From positions 118,521-182,520 of the forward strand of contig JAKFBU010000073.1 in assembly GCA_036676985.1 (NCBI GenBank): DNA of 64,000 nucleotides, in the 5' to 3' direction. Source of the DNA: Candidatus Sericytochromatia bacterium (lineage in GTDB: Bacteria; Cyanobacteriota; Sericytochromatia; S15B-MN24; UBA4093). The notes under the pieces are model-generated. The model saw nothing but the letters and a program-made list of their open reading frames with translations, made no database searches and was not told the origin of the DNA. The position numbers and the translations under genes were made by a program. Positions 61,740 to 64,000 of the stretch are shown in pieces (within the stretch, counting starts at the first letter, position 1; every line of letters starts with the position of its first letter).

Positions 61740-63011
61740 ATGGCGGAAGGCCAACGGATCGTGGTGGTGGGCGGCGGGGCCGCGGGCATGATGGCGGCGA
61801 TCGCAGCCGCCCAGGCCGGTGCTCCGGTCGTGCTCCTGGAAAAAACGGGCAGGCTGGGCTTCAAGATCCGGATCTCGGGCGGCGGCCGCTGCAACATCAC
61901 CAACGACCTGGACGACCCGCGCGAGCTGGTCAAGATGTATCCCGGCAACGGCAAGTTCCTGTTCGACGCCTTTAGGCGCTACTCAAAGGCCGACGTGCTG
62001 GAGCTGCTGCGGCGGCACGGCGTCCGGACCAAGGTCGAGGCCCCCTACAGCAAGGTCTTTCCGGTGAGCGATCGCTCCAAGGACGTCATCATGGCCTTCG
62101 AGACCGAGATGCGGGAGCGGGGCGTGGACGTCCGCCTGGAGACCCCCGTCCAGGGCCTGCGGACCGAGGGAGGCCGGGTCACGGGGGTGGTCGCCGCCAA
62201 CGGCCAGGTCATCGCGGCCTCTGCCGTCATCGTCTGCGTGGGCGGCCAGTCGCTGCCCCGCTCAGGCTCGACGGGCGACGGTTTCAGGCTGGCCGCGGAG
62301 GTCGGGCACCACGTGGTACCGACCTACCCGTCCCTGGTGCCCCTGCGGGTGCCGGGCACCAAGGAGCTCGCGGGCGTCTCCTTGCGGGACGTGGAGGGGA
62401 CGGTCCTGGTGGACGGGGCCGTCGCGGACCGCCGGTGGCGGGGGGACATGCTCTTCACGCACTTCGGGCTCTCGGGGCCCATCATCCTGCAGCTGAGCCG
62501 GGCGGCGGCCGAGGGGCTGCATCACGGCAAGGCGGTCGAGCTCCGGATCAACCTCAAGCCGGACCTGAGCGCCCCGGAGCTGGACGCCCTTGTGCTCGAG
62601 CGCATCCAGGAAGCCCCCAAGGCCCAGCTCTCCACCCTGCTCAAGGACGACCTGCCCCGGTCGGTGGTGGCTCCGTTCCTCGCCGCTGCCGGGCTCGACG
62701 GCCAGAAGCGGGCCTCGGAGGTGTCGCGGGGCGATCGCCAACGCCTGATCGAGGCCATGCGCGCCTGGCGCTTCCCGGTGACGGGCTGGCACTCGTTCGA
62801 CGTCGCCGAGGTCACGGCCGGGGGCGTGGACATCAAGGAGGTGGACCCCCGGACCTTCGAGTCGAAGCTGGTCAAGGGGCTCTACTGGGCGGGTGAGGTG
62901 CTGGACGTGGATGGCTACGTGGGCGGCTTCAACTTCCAGGCCGCATGGAGTACGGGGCACGCGGCGGGCGTGGCCGCGGCCCAGGCACTCAGCTCGGTCG
63001 CGTCGCGATGA
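61740..63011 (+). CDS. HI0933/BaiN family NAD(P)/FAD-dependent oxidoreductase
   Basis: GGGAAGMMAA, KIRISGGGRCNITN, FTHFGLSGP, VTAGGV, GEVLDVDG..GGFNFQ. Confidence 0.93.
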   Translation: MAEGQRIVVVGGGAAGMMAAIAAAQAGAPVVLLEKTGRLGFKIRISGGGRCNITNDLDDPRELVKMYPGNGKFLFDAFRRYSKADVLELLRRHGVRTKVEAPYSKVFPVSDRSKDVIMAFETEMRERGVDVRLETPVQGLRTEGGRVTGVVAANGQVIAASAVIVCVGGQSLPRSGSTGDGFRLAAEVGHHVVPTYPSLVPLRVPGTKELAGVSLRDVEGTVLVDGAVADRRWRGDMLFTHFGLSGPIILQLSRAAAEGLHHGKAVELRINLKPDLSAPELDALVLERIQEAPKAQLSTLLKDDLPRSVVAPFLAAAGLDGQKRASEVSRGDRQRLIEAMRAWRFPVTGWHSFDVAEVTAGGVDIKEVDPRTFESKLVKGLYWAGEVLDVDGYVGGFNFQAAWSTGHAAGVAAAQALSSVASR

Positions 63012-63609
63012 GGCCGTAGACGGGCCGGCCCTCTTCCAGGTAGCGCATCTCGAAGTCGGACTGGATCCGCTCGACGGGGATGGCCTCGACGATATCGAAG
63101 CCCTGGCGCCGGAAGCGCTCGCGCGAGTAGTGGTAGAGCCACTCGTGGTCGGTGCGGAAGGTCATGCGGCCGCCCGGCTTGAGCCACTCGAAGTAGCGCT
63201 CCATCAGCGCGGGGTTGGTGAGGCGGAAGCGCTCGCCCTTGGCGCGGGGCCAGGGATCCGGGAAGAGCATGGTGATGGCGTCCAGCGAGCCCGGCTGGAA
63301 GAGGTCGCGCATGCGGAAGAAGTCTCCGACCACGAAGCGGACGTTGTCCCGCTGCAGGGCGTTGACCCAGCGGATGCCCTTGTGGACGCGGTAGTACTTC
63401 TCCTCGATGCCCACGTGGCGCGTCTCGGGGTGGGCCTTGGCCTGGTAGGCCAGGTGACGCCCGGCGCCCATGCCGATCTCGAGGTGGATCGGGCCGGTGC
63501 GGCCGAAGAAGGCGTCCCAGTCGAGGGCGACGGACTCGGGGTCGAAGACGTGGGCCAGGTCGTCTCCGAGGACGACCTCCTTGGCGAGGGTTTTGCTTTT
63601 CGGTCTCAT
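62989..63609 (-). CDS. trmB: tRNA (guanine-N7)-methyltransferase
   Basis: LEIGMGAG, GIE, FPDPWP, FRTD, SDFE. Confidence 0.85.
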   Translation of the reverse strand: MRPKSKTLAKEVVLGDDLAHVFDPESVALDWDAFFGRTGPIHLEIGMGAGRHLAYQAKAHPETRHVGIEEKYYRVHKGIRWVNALQRDNVRFVVGDFFRMRDLFQPGSLDAITMLFPDPWPRAKGERFRLTNPALMERYFEWLKPGGRMTFRTDHEWLYHYSRERFRRQGFDIVEAIPVERIQSDFEMRYLEEGRPVYGLIATRPS

Positions 63610-63694
63610 AGGGACAGGATACCAAGTCCAGGGCCCGATCGTAAACGCCCGGACCGCTTGGCCCGGGCGTTTCAGGTCTCCTGACAGGGCGAGG

Positions 63695-63928
63695 TTAGCG
63701 GTTATGCTCTTCCTTGCCCTTCTCGATGAGGTCGCGAACCTTCTCGCCGCCCTTGTGGCCGATATCGGAGTAGAAATCGTGCCCGTGGGTCTCGGCGGTC
63801 TTCTCGCCACCCTTGTGTCCGATCTCGGAGTAGAAGTCATGCCCGTGGGTCTCGGCGGTCTTCTCGCCGCCCTTCTTGCCGGCCTCACGGACGGTCATGT
63901 CGGGCTTGTTTTGCTTTTTCTCAGCCAT
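63695..63928 (-). CDS. KGG-repeat general stress protein (GsiB/Em-like)
   Basis: MTVREAGKKGG and 20-aa tandem repeats GGEKTAETHGHDFYS(E/D)IGHK. Confidence 0.9.
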   Translation of the reverse strand: MAEKKQNKPDMTVREAGKKGGEKTAETHGHDFYSEIGHKGGEKTAETHGHDFYSDIGHKGGEKVRDLIEKGKEEHNR

Positions 63929-64000
63929 CTCACCCTCCTCCACGCGGTCACCAGACAGGGGAGGCAATGCTCTCCCTAGCCGGGACTCTAAAGCTTTCGG

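Noticed and set aside
63739-63875. 60-nt tandem DNA repeat
   Set aside because: Fully explained by the 20-aa KGG repeats of the stress protein.

Overview
GC-rich (about 70%) bacterial chromosomal segment with roughly 60 protein-coding genes. There is no prophage, CRISPR array or intact mobile element. The gene mix (TolC, lipoproteins, Firmicute-like M-box and ClpC, many orphan secreted proteins) suggests a diderm Terrabacteria lineage such as a non-photosynthetic relative of cyanobacteria; this is inference only. Housekeeping genes include apt, pheA, nadA, rocF, trmB, ktrAB, corA with an M-box riboswitch, crcB with a fluoride riboswitch, a ClpC/E-type ATPase, tRNA-Ser(TGA), four sensor kinases and many hydrolases. 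Main observations: (1) a secreted-type VWD-like gene (8627-9913) is interrupted by one in-frame UGA followed by a hairpin matching the bacterial SECIS model, making it a candidate new selenoprotein; (2) a shared promoter motif TTWAM-N6-TTWAM-N21/22-GATAA precedes four exported or lytic enzyme genes, suggesting an undescribed regulon; (3) a proline-rich / six EF-hand / GH19 fusion protein; (4) a BTAD activator followed by five phased direct repeats and a small HTH gene; (5) two pairs of microproteins and three families of REP-like palindromes.
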